This document shows positions 1-9,080 of a stretch of DNA of 64,000 nucleotides, one piece after another (positions within the stretch are counted from its first letter, which is position 1; each line of letters starts with the position of its first letter). Location of the stretch: contig CALXJX010000001.1 of assembly GCA_944388735.1 (NCBI GenBank), positions 7,088-71,087 on the forward strand, in the 5' to 3' direction. Both the position numbers and the translations under genes were made by a program. Below the pieces are notes generated by a model. It worked only from the letters and a program-made list of their open reading frames with translations. It did no database searches and was not told where the DNA came from. The stretch comes from an uncultured Clostridia bacterium. GTDB lineage: Bacteria > Bacillota > Clostridia > TANB77 > CAG-508.

Positions 1-546
1 AGTATTAAAGAATTAGAAGAGCAAAAAACAACTTATGAAGATATGGTCGCAGTAAGTTCAACAGAAGATGTTCAAAGCGCAAGACAAATTCCTAATTATG
101 AAGTTGGATATTTATGGACAAGAGTTGGATTACATGCAACAGCAGAAGGTGTTAATATAAGAATGAATATTGTAAATGGTTCTGGTGGAGCATATAATTT
201 GAAATTTACTGTAGATGGTTCTTATGTGGGAATTTCTGAATTTATTACAGATATAGAAGACGATTCTGCATTAGGATTTAAAATAGAAGAATTTACAATG
301 AAACCAGGTTCATCGGATAATAATTTGCAAGCAACATTTGTATGTAAGAATATAAATATTACAGGAATGTCTGAAACAACACCAGAGACAACAGATTCTT
401 CTAACAATGCAAATACAAACAATACTAATACAACAAATACAACAAATAATAATACAAATAACACAACAAATACAGCAAATACTAATAATACAACAAATAC
501 TACAAATACAACTAATACAGTAAATACAGTTAGAGTAAACAACTAA
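1..546 (+). CDS. PilO-like type IV pilus assembly protein, C-terminal part (5' end cut by the window) with an Asn/Thr-rich tail
   Basis: The frame of the 43..546 ORF stays open back to base 1. The segment YNLKFTVDGSYVGISEFITDIEDDSALGFKIEEFTM resembles the PilO C-terminal fold pattern (by recall). It sits upstream of pilins, pilD, pilB, pilT and pilC. The tail is NTNNTNTTNTTNNNT low complexity. Confidence 0.45.
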   Translation, partial: SIKELEEQKTTYEDMVAVSSTEDVQSARQIPNYEVGYLWTRVGLHATAEGVNIRMNIVNGSGGAYNLKFTVDGSYVGISEFITDIEDDSALGFKIEEFTMKPGSSDNNLQATFVCKNINITGMSETTPETTDSSNNANTNNTNTTNTTNNNTNNTTNTANTNNTTNTTNTTNTVNTVRVNN

Positions 547-572
547 TAAAATCCAATAAAAAGGAGAAAGAC

Positions 573-1019
573 ATGGCTAAAACAATTGTAAAAGAAATAA
601 TTATTATATTGTTATTATGTTTGGCTATCATATTAGTTTTGGGTGTACTTTTATACGAGTATATTCCAAATGACAAGATCATACCAGAAGCAGTAGCATA
701 TATTACACCAGAAAGTGTAAAAGAAGAGCTAAATAACGCAGAAACAGTAGATGAAAGCCAAATCATAAGAACTTATACACTAGATTCGACAGACTTGAAT
801 AATTACAAAAGAGTAGATAGTTATGTACCTGGAAAGCCGAACCCATTTTCATCATATCAAACAAATGGGCAGACATCAAACCAAGGCAGTGGAACAAGTT
901 CATCTGGTACAAATAGTGGAAGTAGTAGTAATAATAACAGCAATAGCAATAACAATAGTTCTACTAGCACTACAAATAATTCATCAGGTGGATATCTACC
1001 AGATAAAGGTACAAAATAG
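573..1019 (+). CDS. Small membrane-anchored protein with a Ser/Asn-rich C-terminus (unknown function, in the pilus operon)
   Basis: RBS aaaaggag lies upstream of the ATG. There is one N-terminal TM helix (IIIILLLCLAIILVLGVLLY) and an SSGTNSGSSSNNNSNSNNNSS tail. No family was recognised. Confidence 0.5.
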   Translation: MAKTIVKEIIIILLLCLAIILVLGVLLYEYIPNDKIIPEAVAYITPESVKEELNNAETVDESQIIRTYTLDSTDLNNYKRVDSYVPGKPNPFSSYQTNGQTSNQGSGTSSSGTNSGSSSNNNSNSNNNSSTSTTNNSSGGYLPDKGTK

Positions 1020-1112
1020 TTTTATATTTTAATTTAAGTTATTAACGTTATATTTATATAACATAAATATATATCAAAAAAATTCTAAAGAAAAGAAAGG
1101 GAGGATACAAAG

Positions 1113-1550
1113 ATGAGAAATCAAAAAGGTATCACATTGATTGCATTAGTAATCACAATTATCGTTTTATTAATTTTAGCAGGTGTTTCAATCGCTATGC
1201 TAACAGGAGACAATGGTCTTCTAAACAAATCACAACAAGCTGTTAGAGATAATGCTTTAGCTGGAGCAAAAGATACAATATCTACAGAATCACAAGCATT
1301 AATGGCTGATTATTTACAAACAAAATATACAAGTAATTCATCATGGGCTACTACTAATTCTGCAGAAAATTATGTTGTTACAGGATTACAAACAAAATTC
1401 GCTTCTGAGGTTTCTGGTTGTAAAGTAACTTATAATACAACTGCAGGTAGTGAATCTATTACTTTGACAGATCCAGATAATAAAAGAACAGTAACAGCTA
1501 CTTTTGATGATCAAGGAGCTATCGAGTGGGGGGCTATTACTAATAAATAG
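1113..1550 (+). CDS. Type IV pilin-like protein (probable major pilin), non-canonical N-terminus
   Basis: MRNQKG|ITLIALVITIIVLLILAGVSIAML has a short basic leader, a Gly, then about 20 hydrophobic residues (prepilin-type signal). Strong RBS aaagggagg. A hairpin follows the gene, and pilD is the next gene. Confidence 0.75.
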   Translation: MRNQKGITLIALVITIIVLLILAGVSIAMLTGDNGLLNKSQQAVRDNALAGAKDTISTESQALMADYLQTKYTSNSSWATTNSAENYVVTGLQTKFASEVSGCKVTYNTTAGSESITLTDPDNKRTVTATFDDQGAIEWGAITNK

Positions 1551-1578
1551 TAATATAAATATAATAAGATAAATTATA

Positions 1579-1617
1579 TAGGCATATACGTAAAATATGT
1601 ATATGCCTAAAATTTTA
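1579..1617 (+). terminator. Hairpin after the pilin gene
   Basis: taggcatatac (1579-1589) pairs with gtatatgccta (1599-1609). The following T-tract (aaatttt) is weak. Confidence 0.45.
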
Positions 1618-1644
1618 AAAAAGCAGAAAATAAAAACATAAAAC

Positions 1645-2478
1645 GTGAGGAAAAGCCAAATGGATATAGTACTATATATACTAATATTTATCATGGGAAC
1701 TGTATTTGGAAGTTTCTTTACATTAGCAACATACAGAATTCCAAGAAAACAAGACATAACACATACAAGATCATATTGTCCTAATTGTGAACATAAATTA
1801 GGATTTTTAGACATGATACCAGTGTTAAGTTATATCTTTTTACGAGGAAAATGTAGATATTGTAGACAAAAAATCAGTCCAAGATATTTAATATTAGAAC
1901 TAGTATCAGGAATAACATTTGTATTAATTGCATATTTAAGTGGATTAACAATAGAAAACTTATCACTTACAACATTAGCAACAAGTGCCTTTATGACACT
2001 TTATTTGTGTTATATATTTATAATAGGAGGAATAGACAGAGAAAATAGAGAAATTCAAAGAAGTGTAAATGTATTCGGAATACTAATTTCAATGGCATAT
2101 ATGGTATATCTATGCATAGTAGAAGAAGCTAATATATATAGATATGTCATATATTTAGTGTTGTACATAATTATACTTGTTTTAGATAATGTAACATTAA
2201 AAAGATATGCAAAAAACAGTTATTTACATGGATTAATTATACTTACAATAATTATGGCAATTTTTACAAGTGAGTATATAGTAATTAACAGCATAATATG
2301 TACAGCAATAACTGTAGCAGTTTATTTATTATTATATAAACTTAAAAATTTAAAAAATAGAAGCAAAAAAACTGATAAGCAAGTTTGGAGAACTTTATGT
2401 ATAGGATATTTTTTATCAGTTTTTAACATAATAAACTTGATAGCAGTGCTATGTTACTATAAATTTTTTATCATGTAA
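1645..2478 (+). CDS. pilD: Prepilin peptidase (A24 family, PilD)
   Basis: Zn-finger-like CPNCEHKL..GKCRYCRQKISPRYLILE motif, multiple TM segments, and pilus gene context. The ORF-track start is GTG 1645. ATG 1660 (MDIVLYIL) is an alternative start. Confidence 0.85.
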   Translation: MRKSQMDIVLYILIFIMGTVFGSFFTLATYRIPRKQDITHTRSYCPNCEHKLGFLDMIPVLSYIFLRGKCRYCRQKISPRYLILELVSGITFVLIAYLSGLTIENLSLTTLATSAFMTLYLCYIFIIGGIDRENREIQRSVNVFGILISMAYMVYLCIVEEANIYRYVIYLVLYIIILVLDNVTLKRYAKNSYLHGLIILTIIMAIFTSEYIVINSIICTAITVAVYLLLYKLKNLKNRSKKTDKQVWRTLCIGYFLSVFNIINLIAVLCYYKFFIM

Positions 2479-2549
2479 AAAATTCAAAATTCATTATCTT
2501 TATTGTCAAAACTAAAAATTAATATTAGTTTTTTAGAAAGAGGAATGCT

Positions 2550-2969
2550 ATGAAAATAAAAAGTGAAAAAGGAATAACAGGAATAGATATAACTGTTTCT
2601 ATACTAGTAATTACTATATTCATATCTTTGATAGGTGTTTTAATATTTAATATAGATTCACAATCAAAAAGTATAGAAAGAAGAACAGAAGCAGCATATC
2701 AGGCAGTTAATTTAATTGAAGAATTAAAAGGAATGACAATTGAAGAACTAGAAGCATTATCAGAAGATGAAAAGAATGGATATATAGACGGAACTTCATA
2801 TACAAAGCAAATAGAAATTGTTGATTACAAAGACTTAACGGAAGAAAATCAAAATGATGATACTATTCAATCTGGAATTCTAAAGAAAGTTACTGTTACA
2901 GTGCTATATAAAGACGGTGCAGATACAGAAGAAATATCTTTGTCTGCAATTGTAACTAAAGATAATTAA
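2550..2969 (+). CDS. Minor pilin/pseudopilin-like protein
   Basis: N-terminus MKIKSEKG|ITGIDITVSILVITIFISLIGVLIF has a prepilin-like leader and hydrophobic helix. RBS agaaagagg. Pilus operon context. Confidence 0.6.
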   Translation: MKIKSEKGITGIDITVSILVITIFISLIGVLIFNIDSQSKSIERRTEAAYQAVNLIEELKGMTIEELEALSEDEKNGYIDGTSYTKQIEIVDYKDLTEENQNDDTIQSGILKKVTVTVLYKDGADTEEISLSAIVTKDN

Positions 2970-3005
2970 TGATAAAATTACTAAAAATGAAAGGAATAAC
3001 TAATT

Positions 3006-3464
3006 ATGAAATCTGAAAAAGGAGTTACTTTAATTTCAGTAACAATATATGTTATTGTCATGACTTTGTTAGTAGCAATAATTAGTGTGATTACAAATTA
3101 TTTTTATAAAAATGTAGAGTTAAATTCTAAGCAAGAAGAAATTAATAATCAATATACAAAATTCATAAGTTATTTTACAGAAGAAGTGAATAAAGAAAAT
3201 AATAAAATACTTGAAATTAATACAGAATATAGTGATTTGGAAAATAAAATTTCATACATTATATTTTCTTCAGGAAATCAATATACTTTTATGCAAGAAA
3301 ACGAATCAATCTATGTTGGAAAAGTAAAAATAGCATCATCAGTAAAAGATTGTGACTTTATTTTAGTTGATGATACAAAAATAGAAATTAATATTATATT
3401 TGAAGGAGAAGAAAATGATATAGTAAGAACAAATACTTTCAACTTGAAAAATAGTAATTTTTAG
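3006..3464 (+). CDS. Minor pilin/pseudopilin-like protein
   Basis: N-terminus MKSEKG|VTLISVTIYVIVMTLLVAIISV. RBS aaaggaat. Pilus operon context. Confidence 0.6.
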   Translation: MKSEKGVTLISVTIYVIVMTLLVAIISVITNYFYKNVELNSKQEEINNQYTKFISYFTEEVNKENNKILEINTEYSDLENKISYIIFSSGNQYTFMQENESIYVGKVKIASSVKDCDFILVDDTKIEINIIFEGEENDIVRTNTFNLKNSNF

Positions 3465-3542
3465 TAATTATAAAAAAATCGACAAAAAAATAAATAAATA
3501 TTGTATAATAAAAATAATGATGTACGAAAGAGGGGAACTAAT

Positions 3543-5183
3543 ATGGATAATAAAAGAAGACAACCAATGGGTGTTGAATTAGTTAGAAGAGGAATTGTTA
3601 CAGAATCTGATATTGAAAAAGCATTAGAATATCAAAAAAAGCATCCAAATAAAAAGATTGGAGATTGCATATATGAACTAGATTTATGCGAACCTCACGC
3701 TTTGATATCAGCAATAGGTGAAGTCTTAGGAGAAAAAGGAATTTTACTTAGAAAAGAAATGGTAAAAATAGATATACCACATTATATATCTGTTGATGTT
3801 GCTAAAAAAAATAAGGCAATACCTTTTGAAATAGAAGGAAGTAAAATTAAAGTTTGTTTTGCAAATACAGTAAATACTAGAACTCTTGAAGCAATAAGAT
3901 TATTATTATTAAATAAAAATCTTGTAATGGATACGTATATTGGCTTTGAAAGAGATATTCAAGATATTATAGAATCATTAGAGGGAAATGCGGATAATGA
4001 TATTAATGATCCTGTTGTCAGTGGTACAATTACAAACTTAGTGGACAGTATTATTAAAAAAGGAATTGAAAATAGAGCAAGTGATGTTCATATAGAGCCA
4101 ATGGAAAATGAAGTTAGAGTTAGATACAGAATAGACGGAGAATTATTTACAGCAGCCAAAATAGTAAAAGAAAAGCAACATCAAATTATAGGAAGACTAA
4201 AAGCTATTTCTAATATGCATCAAGAGAAACAAGAAGCTCAAGACGGTAGAATTTTATTATATAATGATTACAATATCCGTGTTTCTTCACAACCAAATGT
4301 GTATGGTGAAAAATTTGTTTTAAGACTATTAAAGAAAAATAGTAATATAAAAAATATATTTGATTTAGGATATCCTGGAACAGAAGAAGAATTCAAACAA
4401 AGTGTTAACAAAAGAAACAGTATTACAATAATTGCAGCACCAACTGGAGAAGGAAAAACTACAACCTTATATAGTATTATAGATTATTTAAATAGACCAG
4501 AAATAAATATTACAACAATAGAAGATCCGGTAGAAATTCGTATAGACGGGTTAAACCAAATTGAAATTGATACAAAGTCATCATTTTCAGGAGCTTTAAG
4601 AACAGTTCTAAGACAAGACCCTGATGTTATTCTAGTAGGAGAAATTCGTGATAGAGAAACAGCAGAAATAGCAATTCAAGCGGGACAAACAGGACATTAT
4701 GTTTTATCAACAATTCACACAATAGATAGTATAGAAGTTATAAATAGGTTAAGAAAAATAGGAGTTTCAGACTATGATATAGCAAGTACACTAGCAACAT
4801 CAATTTCAGAAAGACTAGTAAGAAAAGTTTGTCCAAAATGTAAAAAAGAAAGACATTTTTCAGAGCCAGAAAAACAAATTATAGAGAAAATAATGTCTAA
4901 ATACGGAGAAAATGTTGAAAATTTAGACAATTTAATAACATTTGATCCTATAGGATGTAAATATTGTAATGGAACGGGATTTTATGACAGAATAGGTGTT
5001 TTTGAAATATTAAATATTACAGATGAAATAAAAGAATTGATAGTACAAGGCGCATCTAGTATGGAAATTAGAAGAAAAGCAATAGAGGAAGGATATAGAC
5101 CATTAGTTGTTGACGGAATGAAAAAAGTTCTGAATGGATTAACAACATTAGAAGAGCTTAATAAAAAGTTATTATTTTTCTAA
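3543..5183 (+). CDS. pilB: Type IV pilus assembly ATPase PilB (GspE family)
   Basis: Walker A APTGEGKTTT, GEIRD, the His box, and a tetracysteine CPKC..CKYC motif. The N-terminal T2SSE_N/MshEN-like helix pair is present. ATG 3543 is preferred over TTG 3501 because the RBS agagggg lies 7 nt upstream. Confidence 0.9.
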   Translation: MDNKRRQPMGVELVRRGIVTESDIEKALEYQKKHPNKKIGDCIYELDLCEPHALISAIGEVLGEKGILLRKEMVKIDIPHYISVDVAKKNKAIPFEIEGSKIKVCFANTVNTRTLEAIRLLLLNKNLVMDTYIGFERDIQDIIESLEGNADNDINDPVVSGTITNLVDSIIKKGIENRASDVHIEPMENEVRVRYRIDGELFTAAKIVKEKQHQIIGRLKAISNMHQEKQEAQDGRILLYNDYNIRVSSQPNVYGEKFVLRLLKKNSNIKNIFDLGYPGTEEEFKQSVNKRNSITIIAAPTGEGKTTTLYSIIDYLNRPEINITTIEDPVEIRIDGLNQIEIDTKSSFSGALRTVLRQDPDVILVGEIRDRETAEIAIQAGQTGHYVLSTIHTIDSIEVINRLRKIGVSDYDIASTLATSISERLVRKVCPKCKKERHFSEPEKQIIEKIMSKYGENVENLDNLITFDPIGCKYCNGTGFYDRIGVFEILNITDEIKELIVQGASSMEIRRKAIEEGYRPLVVDGMKKVLNGLTTLEELNKKLLFF

Positions 5184-5274
5184 AATTTAACATTCAGTAA
5201 AGATTATATAGATAAAAAGTAAATAGAAATTTATCAAATATTATTCTTCTAAATAGTAAGGGGGAAATTTACAA

Positions 5275-6378
5275 ATGAATATAGATAGAATTATAGATAT
5301 AGCAATGGAAAAAGATGCATCAGATATACATCTAATTGTTGGAAATAAACCAATGCTAAGAATTATAAGAGATTTAGTACCAGTTGAAGAAATGGATGTT
5401 CTAACACCTGATGATATGAATGAAATGTATGATTATTTTGTTCAAGGGAATCTAATTAGAGATGAAGAATTTAATACACAAAGAAGATTAGATATGTCTT
5501 ACGTATATAAAGATATTCGTCTAAGAGTTAATATTTCTTTAACAGAAGATATTCCATTATGTACATTAAGACTAATAAAAAACGAATTACCACCTTATGA
5601 ATCTTTGGGGTTACCTGATATTATTAGAAGAATGACATATCAACCACAAGGACTGATTTTAGTAACAGGAAAGACAAACTCTGGTAAAACGACAACATTA
5701 AATGCACTTATAAATTATATTAATGAAAATCAAAATAAAAAAATATTAACACTAGAAAAACCAGTAGAATATAAACATCATTCTAAAAAATCACTTATAG
5801 TACAAAAAGAAGTTGGAAAAGGTGAAGACGCATTAACATTTAGTGACGGAGTAAAAAACTCTTTAAGAGAAGACTGTGATATATTAGTAATAGGAGAAAT
5901 TAGAGATAAAGCAACAATAGAAGCTGCAATTGAAATGGCAGAATCAGGGCATTTAGTAATAGGTACATTGCATACAAAATCTTGTGCAGAAACAATAGAT
6001 AGAATGATAAACTTTTATGAAGTAAGAGACCAAGCAACAATAAAATATTTATTATCATCTTTATTAAAATTAGTTGTATCTCAAAGGCTGTTAAAAGGAA
6101 CGCAAGGAAAGCTAGTATTAGTACCAGAAGTCATGGTAGTTGACAATATAGTAGCTGGTATTATAAGAAAAGATAAATTAAGTGTATCTGAAATCGAAGA
6201 TGCAATTCAAAGCAATTTAGAAAAAGGAAGTATTGGACTAATTAATTCATTAGCAAAACTATTTGTAGAAGATAAAATTACATTAGATCAAGCAAAATCA
6301 CAAATAGAAGAAAAGAACCTAGATACGTTGAATAGAACAATTATGCAATTAAAAATTAAAATGAATGAAAATAAATAA
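5275..6378 (+). CDS. pilT: Twitching-motility retraction ATPase PilT
   Basis: GKTNSGKTTTL Walker A, GEIRD, GHLVIGTLHT, and a size of ~367 aa. RBS aagggggaa. Confidence 0.9.
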   Translation: MNIDRIIDIAMEKDASDIHLIVGNKPMLRIIRDLVPVEEMDVLTPDDMNEMYDYFVQGNLIRDEEFNTQRRLDMSYVYKDIRLRVNISLTEDIPLCTLRLIKNELPPYESLGLPDIIRRMTYQPQGLILVTGKTNSGKTTTLNALINYINENQNKKILTLEKPVEYKHHSKKSLIVQKEVGKGEDALTFSDGVKNSLREDCDILVIGEIRDKATIEAAIEMAESGHLVIGTLHTKSCAETIDRMINFYEVRDQATIKYLLSSLLKLVVSQRLLKGTQGKLVLVPEVMVVDNIVAGIIRKDKLSVSEIEDAIQSNLEKGSIGLINSLAKLFVEDKITLDQAKSQIEEKNLDTLNRTIMQLKIKMNENK

Positions 6379-6517
6379 TAAAAAGTTATAATCAACAATA
6401 ATAAGAAACATATATATTTATTAAAGGCAACGATAATCATAAAAAATCATTCGAATACATTCAAAATAAACAAAAAGAAATAAAAATATGCGACAAAATG
6501 ACAAAAGGAGGTAAAAA

Positions 6518-7873
6518 ATGCCGGTATATATTTATAAAGCTGTAACAAAAACAGGCTTAGTAGTAAAAAATAAAGTTGAATCATCAAGTAAGCAAACACT
6601 ATTAAAAATGCTAAAAGCAAATAATCTTTTACCAATTGATGTTATGCAAGTAGCTTATGCAGGTAAAAGTTTAACCAAAAAGAAACCAAAGAAAAAGAAT
6701 ATAGAAGATATTAGTGAAATTGTAAAAAATATTAATACAACAAACCTAGAAAGAACAAAAAGCAAACAATTATCAGTTTACGAGAAAGTAAATTTATATT
6801 TTGAAGGAACAAAAAAAGTAACATCAAGAGACTTAGTAGTATTTACACAAAACTTTTACCTATTGAAAAAGGCAAACTTTAATAATATACATGCGTTAAA
6901 TACAATTATCCAAGGAACTGAAAATTTAACTCTTAAAGGTATTTTAGAAGACGTTTTGGCAGGTGTTGAAGCTGGTGAAAATATGTATACAACAATGGAA
7001 TACTATTCAGATGTTTTTCCATTCATATATGTAAATATGATAAAAGTAGGAGAACTATCAGGATCATTAACAAACTCATTAAAGCAGGCAGTAGAATATT
7101 TAGATGAAACAAATGCATTAAATAGGAAGATAAGAGGCATTTTAGTTCCAAATATCATACAATTCGTATTATTATTAGTAATGTTATTTGTAGGAACATT
7201 AGTAGCAATACCAGCTATTCAAAATGTGTTTGATGAATTAGGAACAGAAGAAGAATTACCAGCAATAACTTTATGGTTTGCAGATTTCTTAGACAATCTG
7301 ATTGCATATTGGTATATCCCGGTTGGAATAATAGCTGCAATTGTAGGAATTATCATATTTTATATTAACACACCAAGAGGAAAATACAATTTTGACTATT
7401 TTAAATATAAAATGCCAATATTTGGTGAATTAATATTTGCATTAGACTTTTCAAGACTAATGAGAGCGATGTTATTAAATCTAAGAAATGGAATGAGAAT
7501 ACAGGATTCACTAGAAGTAAGTAAAAATGTAATACACAATTATGTTATGTTATCAATAATAGAAACATCAATAAATAATATACTAACAGGATCATCATGG
7601 ATAGAGCCATTTGAACAGTCAGGCTTGGCAAAACCAATGGAAATAGAAATGCTAAAAATAGGAATGCAAACAGATTTACCTGAGATGATGGAAAAATTAG
7701 TAGAATATATGCAAATTGATATCGACAATATAATGACCAAGATTATGAAAGCTTTGCCACAATTAGTATATGCAATTGTTGGAGCTGTATTAATATTCTT
7801 CGTTTTAGTAGTATTAGTACCATGTGTTCAATTTTATATGGGACAATTCTTATTCTCAGCTTATGGAGTATAG
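6518..7873 (+). CDS. pilC: Type IV pilus platform protein PilC (GspF family)
   Basis: Two GspF-like repeats with TM segments, an MPVYIYKA start typical of PilC, RBS aaaggaggt, and a position after pilB-pilT. Confidence 0.85.
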   Translation: MPVYIYKAVTKTGLVVKNKVESSSKQTLLKMLKANNLLPIDVMQVAYAGKSLTKKKPKKKNIEDISEIVKNINTTNLERTKSKQLSVYEKVNLYFEGTKKVTSRDLVVFTQNFYLLKKANFNNIHALNTIIQGTENLTLKGILEDVLAGVEAGENMYTTMEYYSDVFPFIYVNMIKVGELSGSLTNSLKQAVEYLDETNALNRKIRGILVPNIIQFVLLLVMLFVGTLVAIPAIQNVFDELGTEEELPAITLWFADFLDNLIAYWYIPVGIIAAIVGIIIFYINTPRGKYNFDYFKYKMPIFGELIFALDFSRLMRAMLLNLRNGMRIQDSLEVSKNVIHNYVMLSIIETSINNILTGSSWIEPFEQSGLAKPMEIEMLKIGMQTDLPEMMEKLVEYMQIDIDNIMTKIMKALPQLVYAIVGAVLIFFVLVVLVPCVQFYMGQFLFSAYGV

Positions 7874-7887
7874 AAGATAGAAAAAAT

Positions 7888-7929
7888 AGTGGAACAATTT
7901 GCTAGAGCATACTGTTTCACTATTTTTTG
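7888..7929 (+). terminator. Rho-independent terminator after pilC
   Basis: agtggaaca (7888-7896) pairs with tgtttcact (7913-7921), with one G-U pair, followed by attttttg. Confidence 0.6.
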
Positions 7930-7988
7930 CCATTGGGGACGTGTTTATTTGGCAATTTTTTGGCAATTGGGGACAGGTTCGTTTGACA
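7928..7988. repeat. Repeat family B: two direct units
   Basis: tgccattggggacgtgtttatttggca (7928-7954) and tggcaattggggacaggttcgtttgaca (7961-7988) match the units at 8971, 9025, 10262, 10290 and 62437. Confidence 0.85.
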
Positions 7989-8071
7989 GCTATTTTTAAA
8001 TAGAAAGAGTTTATTAAACAACTTTGTAGCAGTTTAGAAATATAAAACTAGAAAACAAGGAGGAAGGAAAC

Positions 8072-8980
8072 TTGAAAATAGGCATTGATTTAGGTGGAAG
8101 TCATATCGGAATAGGAATAGTAGAGAATAACGGAAAGATTATTGAAAAAGTAGAAAAAAGACTGATGAGTAAAGAGAAACGAAATATCAAAAACTCAATA
8201 GAAAGTTATATAATTGAAAATGTAAAAAAGATGCAAGAGAAATATGAGATTACAGAAATGGGTATAGCTGTACCAGGGACAATAAGTAAAAATATAATTG
8301 TTAAATCAGTGAATCTGGGAATAAAAGATTATAATCTCATAGAGAATTTACAAAAAGAAATAAAGATACCAATAAAAATAAGAAATGATGCAAAATGTGC
8401 AGCAATAGCAGAAAGCAAATATGGTGTTTTAAAACAATACAACAGAAGTATCTTTTTGACATTAGGAACAGGAATAGGTGGAGCGGTAATTATTAATAAT
8501 CAGCTACTTGATACAGGAGATTTGCCAGGATGTGAATTTGGACATATAATAATAGAAAAAGACGGGATACCATGTAATTGTGGAAAAAAAGGATGTTTTG
8601 AAAAATATGCTTCAATGAAAGCTTTCAAAAATAATCTACGAGAGGCTCTAGAACTCGACGAAAGAACAAGAGGAGAAGAATTATTAGATAAGATTAGAAA
8701 AAATTCTAAAGAAAATAAAGATTATGATATAATAAATAATGTTGTAGGAGAATACATAAAAGATCTAGCAATTGGTATATCAAATTTAATAAATATATTT
8801 GAGCCAGAGGCAATTGGAATAGGAGGAAGTTTTGTATTTTTTGAAGATGTTTTTTTAGATAAGTTAAAGCAATATATTCAAAAAGAAAATTTATTATTTA
8901 ATCCAAGAGAGAAATTAATTATAGAAACAGCAGTTTTAAATAATGATGCTGGAATTATTGGAAGTTTAATGTGCCATTAG
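8072..8980 (+). CDS. glcK: ROK-family glucokinase
   Basis: GIDLGGSHIGIGIV ATP-binding N-terminus and the ROK Zn motif CNCGKKGCFEKYAS. TTG start with RBS caaggagga. The stop TAG (8978-8980) lies inside a family B repeat unit. Confidence 0.85.
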   Translation: MKIGIDLGGSHIGIGIVENNGKIIEKVEKRLMSKEKRNIKNSIESYIIENVKKMQEKYEITEMGIAVPGTISKNIIVKSVNLGIKDYNLIENLQKEIKIPIKIRNDAKCAAIAESKYGVLKQYNRSIFLTLGTGIGGAVIINNQLLDTGDLPGCEFGHIIIEKDGIPCNCGKKGCFEKYASMKAFKNNLREALELDERTRGEELLDKIRKNSKENKDYDIINNVVGEYIKDLAIGISNLINIFEPEAIGIGGSFVFFEDVFLDKLKQYIQKENLLFNPREKLIIETAVLNNDAGIIGSLMCH

Positions 8981-9053
8981 GGACGTGTTTGTTTGGCACA
9001 GAATGAAATTTTTTAAAATATTTTGTGCCAAACAAACACGTCCCCAATGGCAC
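8971..9053. repeat. Repeat family B: inverted pair forming a ~29-bp-stem hairpin
   Basis: gtgccattagggacgtgtttgtttggcac (8971-8999) and its near-perfect reverse complement gtgccaaacaaacacgtccccaatggcac (9025-9053) are separated by 25 nt of AT-rich spacer. The pair lies between glcK and tkt. Confidence 0.9.
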
Positions 9054-9080
9054 AATGGCACAGAAAGGAAGAATAAGGTT

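Noticed and set aside
222-542. Antisense ORF (106 aa) opposite the PilO-like gene. Many similar minus-strand ORFs exist (e.g. 13442..13798, 23143..23487, 38902..39372, 42366..43088, 43312..43764, 61039..61598).
   Set aside because: They have a Phe/Leu/Ser/Ile-rich composition, no RBS and no recognisable motifs. They lie fully inside well-supported + strand genes. They are typical shadow ORFs of AT-rich or repetitive coding sequence.
7928-9053. Whether the family B units form a CRISPR array or are sigma-54 promoters (TGGCAC).
   Set aside because: The units are only pairs with 6-25 nt between them, with no spacer-repeat periodicity and no cas genes. TGGCAC is not followed by TTGCW at the N5 spacing required for a -24/-12 promoter.
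8985-9080. The N-terminal extension of the ORF-track ORF 8985..9227 (MFVWHRMKFFKIFCAKQTRPQWHNGTERKNKV).
   Set aside because: This stretch is the family B inverted-repeat hairpin read as protein. A proper RBS (aaaggaag) and ATG occur at 9081, matching the transketolase subunit N-terminus.
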